Shown piece by piece: positions 8,199-17,122 of a stretch of 25,074 nt of DNA. The position numbers and the translations under genes are program-made. The stretch comes from Ignavibacteriales bacterium. Lineage in GTDB: Bacteria > Bacteroidota > Ignavibacteria > UBA10030 > UBA6906. The notes below the pieces were generated by a model. The model was not told the origin of the DNA. It ran no database searches and saw only the letters and a program-made list of their open reading frames with translations. The stretch's first letter is position 1; each line of letters begins with the position of its first letter. Where the stretch lies: the NCBI GenBank assembly GCA_037441705.1, contig JBBIRR010000052.1, positions 1 through 25,074 on the forward strand, given 5' to 3'.

Positions 8199-8843
8199 TC
8201 ACTTGAGAGCAGCTCTGGCTGCCTCCAGCATGACATGAGGGTCAAGACGGACTTTATAGTTCGGATTCACGTACGAGAACTTGATGATGCCATCGGTTCC
8301 GACTATAAACACGGAAGGGACAGGCAGGAGATGATGTTTCTCGCCGGAGGCATCCTCCAAATCAATGTTGTAGTCCTTGTACTTGTGAACGAGTTGCTCT
8401 TCCACTTTGAATGCAATACCGAACGCAGAGCACCCGACCATTTTGCTGTCCGACAGAAGCGTGTAGTTGAGATTATCCTTCGTGAGGGTTTCCTGAAGTT
8501 TTTCAGGCTTGTCTGTACATATCGCAAGGAGTTGATAGCCGAGAGCGAGCAATTGTGGCTCAACCTCCACCAACTGCTTCAGTTGTGCGTTGCAATACGG
8601 ACACCATCCGCCGCGGTAGAAAACGAGTACCGTCGGCTTCTGTCGAATTGCTTCGCCGACATCAAACGGCCGTCCTTCCGACGTTGTGAGTATCAACGGC
8701 GGCACACGCATGCCCACTTTGATTGGACACACAGCTTCTGCCGAGGGTGCTGCATTGTCAACCAAACGTTGACTGAGAATCTTCTCAGGCATAAGAAGTC
8801 CGATCATGGCAAAAAGGGAAAGAACACGAGAGTGCATCGGCAT
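8199..8843 (-). CDS. Exported AhpC/TSA (peroxiredoxin-like/redoxin) family protein
   Basis: VLVFYRGGWCPYC, LLSD and LPVPSVFIV motifs; N-terminal signal-like helix. Confidence 0.85.
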   Translation of the reverse strand: MPMHSRVLSLFAMIGLLMPEKILSQRLVDNAAPSAEAVCPIKVGMRVPPLILTTSEGRPFDVGEAIRQKPTVLVFYRGGWCPYCNAQLKQLVEVEPQLLALGYQLLAICTDKPEKLQETLTKDNLNYTLLSDSKMVGCSAFGIAFKVEEQLVHKYKDYNIDLEDASGEKHHLLPVPSVFIVGTDGIIKFSYVNPNYKVRLDPHVMLEAARAALK

Positions 8844-8865
8844 GCAGTTGTACCTTTCGTTGAAT

Positions 8866-9396
8866 TCAATACCGATAATAACTCTCCGCGGAGTTCATAT
8901 GCTCAACCATTTCTTTCAGCGTCAGTGGATTCACGTATGATGGCAGCTTTGTCTTGCCCTTGAGTTCTTTCTCAACGCTGGTGAGCACATTCCATGTACC
9001 GTTGACGGTGATGTCCGCCCCTTTCTTCGAGAGGAGTTCCAAGAATCCCCCAAAGTCTTTTACAGCCTGCAGGTCTTTTTCCTTGAGCTGAGCAATGACC
9101 AGCTGTTTCAAGTCGGCGGGTACTTCATAGCGGTCGAAATCGTTCTTTCCATCCGCGTCAGTTCTTTTCAGGTTCCATGCTGCCTCAGAATCGAAGAGGA
9201 GCTCCACCCGATTTCCTGCTACGAGGTTCGCGTAAGCGATATCAAAGGCAACGCATGGCGGCCCGTCGTCTTTCTTGATGTTGCTGACCACATGGATGAG
9301 AACCTTGTGTCCTTTCGGATGTGACCGGGTGAGCTCGGCATGCCACACGATCCCGGTCAAGAGGAGAGCTACGATTGCGAGATACTGCTTTTTCAT
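8866..9396 (-). CDS. Exported DsrE/DsrF-like protein
   Basis: Signal peptide; KVLIHV, PCVAFDIA, VELLFDSEA and LTLKEMVEHM follow the DsrE-like pattern; AAAGGA RBS. Confidence 0.6.
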   Translation of the reverse strand: MKKQYLAIVALLLTGIVWHAELTRSHPKGHKVLIHVVSNIKKDDGPPCVAFDIAYANLVAGNRVELLFDSEAAWNLKRTDADGKNDFDRYEVPADLKQLVIAQLKEKDLQAVKDFGGFLELLSKKGADITVNGTWNVLTSVEKELKGKTKLPSYVNPLTLKEMVEHMNSAESYYRY

Positions 9397-9559
9397 TGTG
9401 ATTCCTTTGAGTGGTCATTGATGGGGTCGGTCAAGCACTTCCGGGAGTGCCTTCCCGTGTAATTATGAATATCTCACGTAATGATAATGATGAAGAGTCT
9501 CTTAGGCAACAGTAAGCCTACGCGAGTTTGTGATGTGTCACGGGTACAATCGTATAGAC

Positions 9560-10324
9560 TCATGCTTTCACACCATCACGTGCCCTTGCTCGCATTTCAA
9601 GTCCGAACCGATCAAGCACGGTGTGGTAGCGTAAGAGTATCTGCCAAACGAACTTATCAAGAGAGTGCGAAATAGATACGCGTCGGGCGTGCGTACCGTC
9701 CTCGCTTCTCTCAAGAGGAAGTTGATCCGGATAAAAGACAACAGTCTCAATTGTGCCAACACCTTCGAATGTTTCCTGTCGGTGTTCGGGCTGCAATCCA
9801 AAAAAATCCTTTATCGCATTCAACATCGGCTTCGTCATCAAGACATACTCTTTAGTCGGAATGGAGTTCTTCAGCAAACGATGAATAATGATAACATCAA
9901 GTCCAAAGAGTTGTTGGAACCGGCCAACCTGTTCGATGTCGGCCCGGCCAAGATGGATGACCTCCTTCAACTGAAGGTCGTGGATATGGTCGCAGGCATC
10001 ACATCCGCACGTCGTCAGCGCGTCGATTGCTTGAAGTTCCGCCTTGAACGCGGAAAACAGATCTACTAGTTGTTCCTTCACGCGGTCTGCAACCTCGGTG
10101 ATACTGTTATTTGAGGCACGGGCATAGAAGAACACAGCATCTCCTTCGAGTTCAGCCACCCTCAAAGGTGGTTTCGCACTCTTCATTAGCGCCTTCAGCA
10201 ATCGGACGATGATTTGCTTTCCATGACTGCCGGCAACCGTGTGTGCATGCTCTTTCGTGAAGCGCGTGTAGCCGCTGATATCGGCAATCAGGAGAATAGT
10301 GTTGCTGTCCTCTTGTTCTTCCAC
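9560..10324 (-). CDS. DUF2652 family protein with class III nucleotide-cyclase-like fold
   Basis: IADISGYT, ELEGDAVFF, CGCDAC, LKEVIHLG and LFGLDVIIIHRLLKN; GTG start. Confidence 0.8.
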   Translation of the reverse strand: MEEQEDSNTILLIADISGYTRFTKEHAHTVAGSHGKQIIVRLLKALMKSAKPPLRVAELEGDAVFFYARASNNSITEVADRVKEQLVDLFSAFKAELQAIDALTTCGCDACDHIHDLQLKEVIHLGRADIEQVGRFQQLFGLDVIIIHRLLKNSIPTKEYVLMTKPMLNAIKDFFGLQPEHRQETFEGVGTIETVVFYPDQLPLERSEDGTHARRVSISHSLDKFVWQILLRYHTVLDRFGLEMRARARDGVKA

Positions 10325-10389
10325 TTGCGCTAACCAAGAATGTCGAGAGATGCCGGAGATAACCCAGCGAGGAACGAAATCAAACCGGA

Positions 10390-10463
10390 GAGACCGCAGA
10401 GAAAGCCTGTGTTTCTTCCAAAGGGATTCTTGCTCATTACGCCGCCAGACCCTCGGCGGTCTC
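10390..10463. repeat. REP-like inverted repeat
   Basis: GAGACCGCAGAG (10390-10401) pairs with CTCGGCGGTCTC (10452-10463) with one mismatch; intergenic. Confidence 0.5.
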
Positions 10464-10489
10464 CGCGATGGAACATGTGCACTACGCTC

Positions 10490-11197
10490 TTAGCTTGTTT
10501 TATTCAATTCAAGATTGAGAACAATGTTCACAGTCTCGCCGGCAATCAACCCGCCCGACTCGATTGCCATATTCCACTTCAAACCGAAGTCGAACCGGTT
10601 AATGGCAGTGGTTGCTTTCCAGGCGTACAGCGTGCCCATCGGCGTTTTCATCGAGCCGTTCAATGTAGCATCGAATACCACCTTCCTGGTTATGCCACGA
10701 ATCGTGAGGTCGCCGATGATCTTGTATTGGTCCTTGCCAACCCTTTCAAATTTTGTGCTCTTGAAGGTAATTTCGGGATACTTCTCGGCATTGAAGAAGT
10801 CATCTGATTTCAGGTGCGTGTCGCGTTTCTCATTGTCGGTGCTGATACTCGACACCATGATCTTTGCCGAGACCATTGCATCGGAGAAATCGTCCTTCGT
10901 TGCTGAGAAGTCTATCGCGAAGTCCTTGAACTTCCCGGTCACGTCGGAGATGACAAGGTGTTTGACCGAAAACATTACTGCCGAATGCGCAGGGTCAATG
11001 CTCCATCCCTTCGACATCTTGCCGCAGGGATTGCAGGGGTTCTCGGCTTTCTTCCCGCAGGGATTGCAGGGGTTTTCTTTCGTCATCTCCTTTTTCTTCC
11101 CGCAGGGGTTGCACGGATTCTCCTTGTTCTGCGAGTACCCGGCTGCCGTAGTCAGCACTAACGCTGCGACGACGAACAACTTCTGGAACGTGTACAT
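10490..11197 (-). CDS. YceI family periplasmic protein with N-terminal (ENPCNPCGK)x3 repeats
   Basis: AAAGGAG RBS before ATG 11197; signal peptide; YceI motifs WSIDPAHS, VKHLVISDVTGKF, RDTHLKSDDFF, GDLTIRG and INRFDFGL. Confidence 0.88.
   Translation of the reverse strand: MYTFQKLFVVAALVLTTAAGYSQNKENPCNPCGKKKEMTKENPCNPCGKKAENPCNPCGKMSKGWSIDPAHSAVMFSVKHLVISDVTGKFKDFAIDFSATKDDFSDAMVSAKIMVSSISTDNEKRDTHLKSDDFFNAEKYPEITFKSTKFERVGKDQYKIIGDLTIRGITRKVVFDATLNGSMKTPMGTLYAWKATTAINRFDFGLKWNMAIESGGLIAGETVNIVLNLELNKTS
11018..11122 (-). repeat. Coding tandem repeat encoding ENPCNPCGK x3
   Basis: Three near-identical units (CCGCAGGG(A/G)TTGCA(G/C)GG) on the plus strand. Confidence 0.85.
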
Positions 11198-11228
11198 TGG
11201 TGTTGCTCCTTTTGTACTGTGATGAATA

Positions 11229-12428
11229 TTATGGATTGGTTGATGAAATGGACTTCGCGCATCGGAAGCCGACATTGTTGAAGCTGGACGCCTTCGGACT
11301 TCGTCCACGAAACGCATTGCGATAACCGCCGCAGTATGCCTCACTGCAAAACCATGAGCCGCCGCGGGCGACTTTGTATTTGCCGCTCGCTGCACCGACA
11401 GGATTCGCAATCGGTGAGACCTTGTAGTAGTTCTCGTCGTACCAGTCGGCACACCACTCCCACACGTTGCCGACTATATCGTACAGGCCGAAATCATTCG
11501 GCGGAAAACTTCCGACGGGCGACGTGTAGTAGTAGCCGTCATAGAGACGATTGGTGTCCGGCCAGGTGCCTTGCCAGAAATTGGCGTGTGGCTTACCATC
11601 GGGCATCAACTCGTTTCCCCAGGGGAAGGTTTGCTGTTTCCTCCCGCCGCGTGCCGCGTATTCCCATTCGGCTTCTGTCGGCAAACGTTTGCCTGCCCAC
11701 GAGGCAAACGCCCGTGCATCGTTCCAGGAGACCTGCACAACAGGATGATTCATTCTGTCTTTGATATCGGAATCCGGTCCTTCCGGATGCCGCCAATCTG
11801 CTCCCGCAATCCTTTCCCAATCGGTAGCGCCTTTTCGAAATACCCAGCCCCACCCCTTTCGCTCGGCATCGGTGACATAGTTAGTTGCACGAACAAAGTC
11901 GTCGAACTGCTCGTTTGTTACCAGGTACCGATCAATCTGAAAGGGGCGAAGCGATACATCATGTGTTGGTGTTTCATCAGTGTAGCGGGAGCCTGTTCCT
12001 CCCATCGTAAACATCCCTCCGGAGAGAGTGACCATGTCGCCGGATGGCGAGTGTGAACACTGAACGCCGGCAATCATCAACGATACGATTGCAACAAATC
12101 CAGAGAGAAGATTTCGAATGAATTGCAACCATGAAGCCTTGCGTGGCGATTTCGCTTTCAACACTGGAACGGCGCCCGCTACGGTCTCCTTTTTGGAGAC
12201 GTACTCTTGAAGTTCGTTCATCGAAAACTCTCCATAGAATGCCAGCGTGCCGTTGACGACCGTTGCCGGGCAGATAACCACGCTTCGTTCATAGAACATT
12301 TCAATATCGTTCGTTCTCTCATAGACGCGCACCATCGTCTCTCCATCGCTCGCAAAGCGCGTGACCAGAGCGACGACGCGTTCGCAGGACTCGCAGCCAT
12401 TTTCTACGAAAACCTCGATAAGGTGCAT
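11229..12428 (-). CDS. Formylglycine-generating enzyme (SUMF1/FGE-sulfatase) family protein fused to an N-terminal thioredoxin-like domain
   Basis: HPVVQVSWNDA, RLPTEAEWEYAARGG, GNVWEW, RGGSWFCSEAYC and GFRC; N-terminal IEVFVENGCESC domain then a hydrophobic helix; start set at ATG 12428 (AAGGA RBS, promoter upstream). Confidence 0.85.
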   Translation of the reverse strand: MHLIEVFVENGCESCERVVALVTRFASDGETMVRVYERTNDIEMFYERSVVICPATVVNGTLAFYGEFSMNELQEYVSKKETVAGAVPVLKAKSPRKASWLQFIRNLLSGFVAIVSLMIAGVQCSHSPSGDMVTLSGGMFTMGGTGSRYTDETPTHDVSLRPFQIDRYLVTNEQFDDFVRATNYVTDAERKGWGWVFRKGATDWERIAGADWRHPEGPDSDIKDRMNHPVVQVSWNDARAFASWAGKRLPTEAEWEYAARGGRKQQTFPWGNELMPDGKPHANFWQGTWPDTNRLYDGYYYTSPVGSFPPNDFGLYDIVGNVWEWCADWYDENYYKVSPIANPVGAASGKYKVARGGSWFCSEAYCGGYRNAFRGRSPKASSFNNVGFRCAKSISSTNP

Positions 12429-12456
12429 GATCCATCCTTGTGGCTTAACGGTAATG

Positions 12457-12499
12457 AAGATAGCTTGACGATCAGGAAATTGTTGTCCGCTGGCGGACA
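12457..12499 (-). promoter_or_regulatory. Crp-family operator TGTCC-GCTGGC-GGACA (12484-12499) with -10 box TATCTT (12462-12457)
   Basis: Perfect 5-bp arms, 29.5-bp spacing, 15/16 identical to the 3954 site. Confidence 0.75.
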
Positions 12500-12710
12500 A
12501 AGCCACGACTCTCGCGACCCATGTCGGGCAACGGAGCGCCGGTCATCGAGGAAGCGTTCTGTTCTCTCTTCACGCCGACACGCCGCCTCCATCGAATGTG
12601 TTTGAATTGCTAGAACCGTGTTTCCGTGATGGGCAACTCTGGGACGGCACATTCCTGTTGGCTTCGGTGAACGCCGATTCCTCCTGCGCTTTCATGCGTT
12701 CTTCACGCAC

Positions 12711-12833
12711 ATGGACGGGGTGCTGCGACATCGGGTTCCCGTATTGACTCAGCCTATAGTTCTCTTCGCCGATCATCTCAGCGATGCGAGCATCAAGCGT
12801 GAAGCGAGCGCAGCACCCCATGATCGAGGCCCA
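12711..12833 (-). repeat. Structured non-coding element, copy 2
   Basis: Copy of 3453-3575; closing stem 12717-12727/12809-12819; one compensatory T-A to C-G change in the inner hairpin. Confidence 0.8.
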
Positions 12834-12846
12834 ATCCGAGACGGAC

Positions 12847-13296
12847 TTAGTGCGTCTTGCCGAGCGCAGCAAACTGTTTGTCGGCCATTGCAATGGTCGC
12901 TTCGGGATTCTTGTCGAACTCCGCCTTCGCTTCCTTGCTTGAGAACAGATAGGTCGCACCCTCATGGATCGTGAAGATCGCCGGATCAGACTCGAGTTTC
13001 TGTCCCATTGCCACCCCCGTGGCACAATAGCCGTCATACTTGGGCAGATACTTTTCCGGGTCCGCGTCGAACATTTTCTTCGCGTCGGCATTGAGCAAGT
13101 AGTATTTCTTTCCCTTGAAGGTTGACACAAACTTTGCATTACCCTTCAGTGCCTTCCCCATCGCAATGTACGCAACGGGGCAATACTGCTTGAGCGCCAC
13201 GTTCTTCGCCGCTTTCGAAGTCTGGGCGTGCCCGAAGATGCTGAAGCTTACCATCAGGGCAAGCGCAAACGCAATGGGACGGATACGGTATCGCAT
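12847..13296 (-). CDS. Exported YHS domain-containing protein
   Basis: Signal peptide; YCPVAY, FDADPEKYLPKYDGYCA and DPAIFTIHEGATYLF; AAAGGAG RBS. Confidence 0.85.
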   Translation of the reverse strand: MRYRIRPIAFALALMVSFSIFGHAQTSKAAKNVALKQYCPVAYIAMGKALKGNAKFVSTFKGKKYYLLNADAKKMFDADPEKYLPKYDGYCATGVAMGQKLESDPAIFTIHEGATYLFSSKEAKAEFDKNPEATIAMADKQFAALGKTH

Positions 13297-13371
13297 AGGT
13301 GACTCCTTTGATTATTGTGCATGTGAGTAACGGTCCCGAGATCGAGAGTCTTCGGGACGTGAAGCTGATGT

Positions 13372-13414
13372 ATGATACGTCAGGCTGGGAAGGAATGATG
13401 TCAGGAAGGTGACA
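13372..13414 (-). promoter_or_regulatory. Crp-family operator TGTCA-GGAAGG-TGACA (13399-13414) with -10 box TATCAT (13377-13372)
   Basis: Perfect TGTCA-N6-TGACA with 29.5-bp spacing; between crp2 and the YHS gene. Confidence 0.75.
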
Positions 13415-13507
13415 AATGAAGCCGAAGAGCAGGAGAGCCGCGCGCAGCCTATGCCGGAGCAGCGGCTCGAGGCTCTCGCCGGGCAAGACGCCGATAGGCG
13501 AAAAGAG

Positions 13508-14200
13508 TTACTGCGAGATTTCTTTCAGCTTGTGGAACTGCTTGATGGTGATCCCTTCGCGAGAGAAGTCGATGAGTCCGGCACTACGGAATTCATTCAG
13601 TGTCGTCGTAACCGTTTGTCGTGACGAACCAGTGAGGAACGCAATCTCCTGATGGGACAGATGCATCTTGATGCTCACAACGCCATGTTTCATCTTTCCG
13701 AATTCTTCGGCATAGCCGACCAGAAAACTCGCAACGCGCTTCCGCACATCCTTGAAGACAAGGTCCGTCACCCGTTCTTCAAACTTTCGCATCCTCAGTC
13801 CGATGCGCTTCATCACCCTGAGGTTCAGCTCCGGGTTCATGGTGATCATCCGCTCGAAGTCCTGCTTCTTGACGGCACAGATGAGAACATCATCCAGCGC
13901 CTGCGCAATCTCGTTCCTTTGCGCGTCTTCGTCGAGCAGCGACAGCTCACCAAAAATTTCGCCCGGACCAATGATCTCGAGAATCACTTCTTTCCCGTCG
14001 GGATTGAGACGGGAGATTTTTACATGACCTTTCTTGAGCAGGAAAACCGATTGCGACGGTTCGTCCGGGAAATAGATGGGCTGGTGAGGCTTTACATGAC
14101 TCATGGAGGCAATGCGGTCAATTTCCGCCATGGACTTCTCATCCATCCCCTCAAACAAGTTGAAGTGGTTCAGATACCAGAATTTTGTTTGCTCAGCCAT
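13508..14200 (-). CDS. Crp/Fnr family transcriptional regulator (paralog 2)
   Basis: Same length (230 aa) as 5296..5988 with long identical stretches (KFEERVTDLVFKD, GVVSIKMHLSHQEIA); HTH GSSRQTVTTTLNEF. Confidence 0.92.
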   Translation of the reverse strand: MAEQTKFWYLNHFNLFEGMDEKSMAEIDRIASMSHVKPHQPIYFPDEPSQSVFLLKKGHVKISRLNPDGKEVILEIIGPGEIFGELSLLDEDAQRNEIAQALDDVLICAVKKQDFERMITMNPELNLRVMKRIGLRMRKFEERVTDLVFKDVRKRVASFLVGYAEEFGKMKHGVVSIKMHLSHQEIAFLTGSSRQTVTTTLNEFRSAGLIDFSREGITIKQFHKLKEISQ

Positions 14201-14272
14201 GACAGTCGAGAAACCAATCGGCAGTATGCCTGCACATGAACGTCAACTCTTGAAGCGCGGTTTGGGATGGCG

Positions 14273-14569
14273 TTATCCTCCTGCGATCGCTCCCAGGATG
14301 ATGAACGGTTCGGCACCTGAAACAACGGCGCTCGGAAGCGGAGTATCTCCCGGCTCAAGCGAGAGGTCTTGCTCGCACGCAAAGTAACGCAGAAACGGTC
14401 GGCGCTGCTTCGTGATGTGGTCGCGAATCGTTCCGCGCAGCACCGGATAGCGCGCTTCGAGCGCGTCGAGAATGGATGCAAGTGTTACGGGACCCTCCAC
14501 CTCAAGCTCCACCTCCGCACCGACACGCGCGAGATTCCGCAGATGATATGGCAGGACGACGCGAATCAT
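14273..14569 (-). CDS. MoaD/ThiS family ubiquitin-like protein
   Basis: Beta-grasp pattern IRVVLP..L, LEARYP and RRPFLRYF; C-terminal AIAGG. Confidence 0.85.
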   Translation of the reverse strand: MIRVVLPYHLRNLARVGAEVELEVEGPVTLASILDALEARYPVLRGTIRDHITKQRRPFLRYFACEQDLSLEPGDTPLPSAVVSGAEPFIILGAIAGG

Positions 14570-14578
14570 CGTTCGACG

Positions 14579-15040
14579 TCAGCTCGTTGCTTGTTTCAAC
14601 AGCGCGCGTATCTTCTCTTCTTCAGTCGCTGTGAGTTTCTTCAGAGCGAAGGCGGTCGGCCACATGGCGCCGTCATCTAAGTTTGCCGCATCGGTGAAGC
14701 CAAAGGTGGCGTACCGTGTTTTGAACTTTCCGGCATTCTGGAAAAAACAAACCACCTTGCCGTCTGAGTTCGCATAGGCCGGCATCCCGTACCAGGTTTT
14801 CGGCACGAGCGTCGGTGCGCTGGCTTTGACGATGGTGTGGAGCCGCGTCGCCATGGAACGGTCGGGTTCGTTCATCGCGGCAATCGCTGCGAGCACAGCC
14901 TTTTCTCCTACTGCCTTATCTTTTGCGAAACGCGCTTCTGCCTTCAGTTCACGTGCGCGTTCTTTCATCGCCGCTCGTTCCTCTTCTGTGAACCCCCTGA
15001 CGGAGTTGGCGGAGCTTCTCTTGCGCTTGTTCACGCTCAT
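14579..15040 (-). CDS. DUF1801 (YdhG-like) protein
   Basis: [39 protein letters not shown] and MWPTAFAL; start uncertain (15040 or 15076). Confidence 0.8.
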   Translation of the reverse strand: MSVNKRKRSSANSVRGFTEEERAAMKERARELKAEARFAKDKAVGEKAVLAAIAAMNEPDRSMATRLHTIVKASAPTLVPKTWYGMPAYANSDGKVVCFFQNAGKFKTRYATFGFTDAANLDDGAMWPTAFALKKLTATEEEKIRALLKQATS

Positions 15041-15094
15041 CAGAATCTGCTCATTCGAACGTGGGTTGAACCTCATGCAGCAAGTCGTGGCGAA

Positions 15095-16360
<1,266 letters not shown>

Positions 16361-16630
16361 GGACGGGTCTCCTTATGAAGTTCGTGTCAATATACGAAGT
16401 CGTGAACCCGTTTGCCACTGCGTTTTTGTGCGGCGCGGGAATGCTGCTCGGAATGCTTGCCGCAATCAGAAGTTGATACACACCGAAGCGATGGGTATAT
16501 TTCTTCGGCCCGGATAACCTGCCAGAGAACAATCAATGCAGCCACAACACAGAGGCCCGTCATGCCGGACGATAGTCGAATAGCTGCCTCATCGGGGAAC
16601 GAAAGTACAAAGGCGTTCGGCAGCCAAGAA

Positions 16631-17122
16631 ATGAAACCGCGCTCGCTCGTTGCTGCTACGATATTTCTTCAGGCAGTGATTGTGCTCATGGGCATGGGGG
16701 CGCTTGCGTTCATGCTCTGGGAACCTCACCTCGAAGGCAGAAACGCTCACGCTACCCTGTTCGAGATCTATTTCAAGGATCCATTCTTAGCGTATGCATA
16801 CGTTGGGTCCATTCCATTCTTCGTGGCGCTCTATCAAGCATTCAAGGTCTTGCGCTCCATCAGACAGAAGAGAACATTCTCGAAGCCAACCCTGAAAGCC
16901 CTGCGAACGATCAAGCTCTGCGCGTTAGCGATCATCGGATTCGTTGCAGGCGGAGAAGTGTTCATCATGGTGAACGAGACTGATGATCGTGCGGGTGGGG
17001 TTTTCATGGGCATCCTCGTTGCGTTCTGCTCACTCGTCGCCGCCGCCGGGGCGGAGCTGTTCGAACGGATTGTTCAGAATGCCGCGGATACGCAAGCCGC
17101 GAAGGAGGGAAGCGGGGAATGA
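16631..17122 (+). CDS. DUF2975 family membrane protein
   Basis: Four TM segments; IPFFVALYQAFKVL..I...FS..TLKAL..IK.CA pattern; start set at ATG 16631. Confidence 0.78.
   Translation: MKPRSLVAATIFLQAVIVLMGMGALAFMLWEPHLEGRNAHATLFEIYFKDPFLAYAYVGSIPFFVALYQAFKVLRSIRQKRTFSKPTLKALRTIKLCALAIIGFVAGGEVFIMVNETDDRAGGVFMGILVAFCSLVAAAGAELFERIVQNAADTQAAKEGSGE

Noticed and set aside
9503-9542. Palindromes TAGGC-N8-GCCTA and GTGA-TGTG-TCAC upstream of the DsrE-like gene as a sixth operator
   Set aside because: Wrong sequence or spacing relative to the five consistent sites
12570-12821. Small ORF MGCCARFTLDARIAEM... across the repeated element (and plus-strand MDGVLRHRVP ORFs at 3453 and 12711)
   Set aside because: The ATG is AAG in copy 1, there is no RBS, and differences between copies are mostly non-synonymous; base-pairing explains the conservation better
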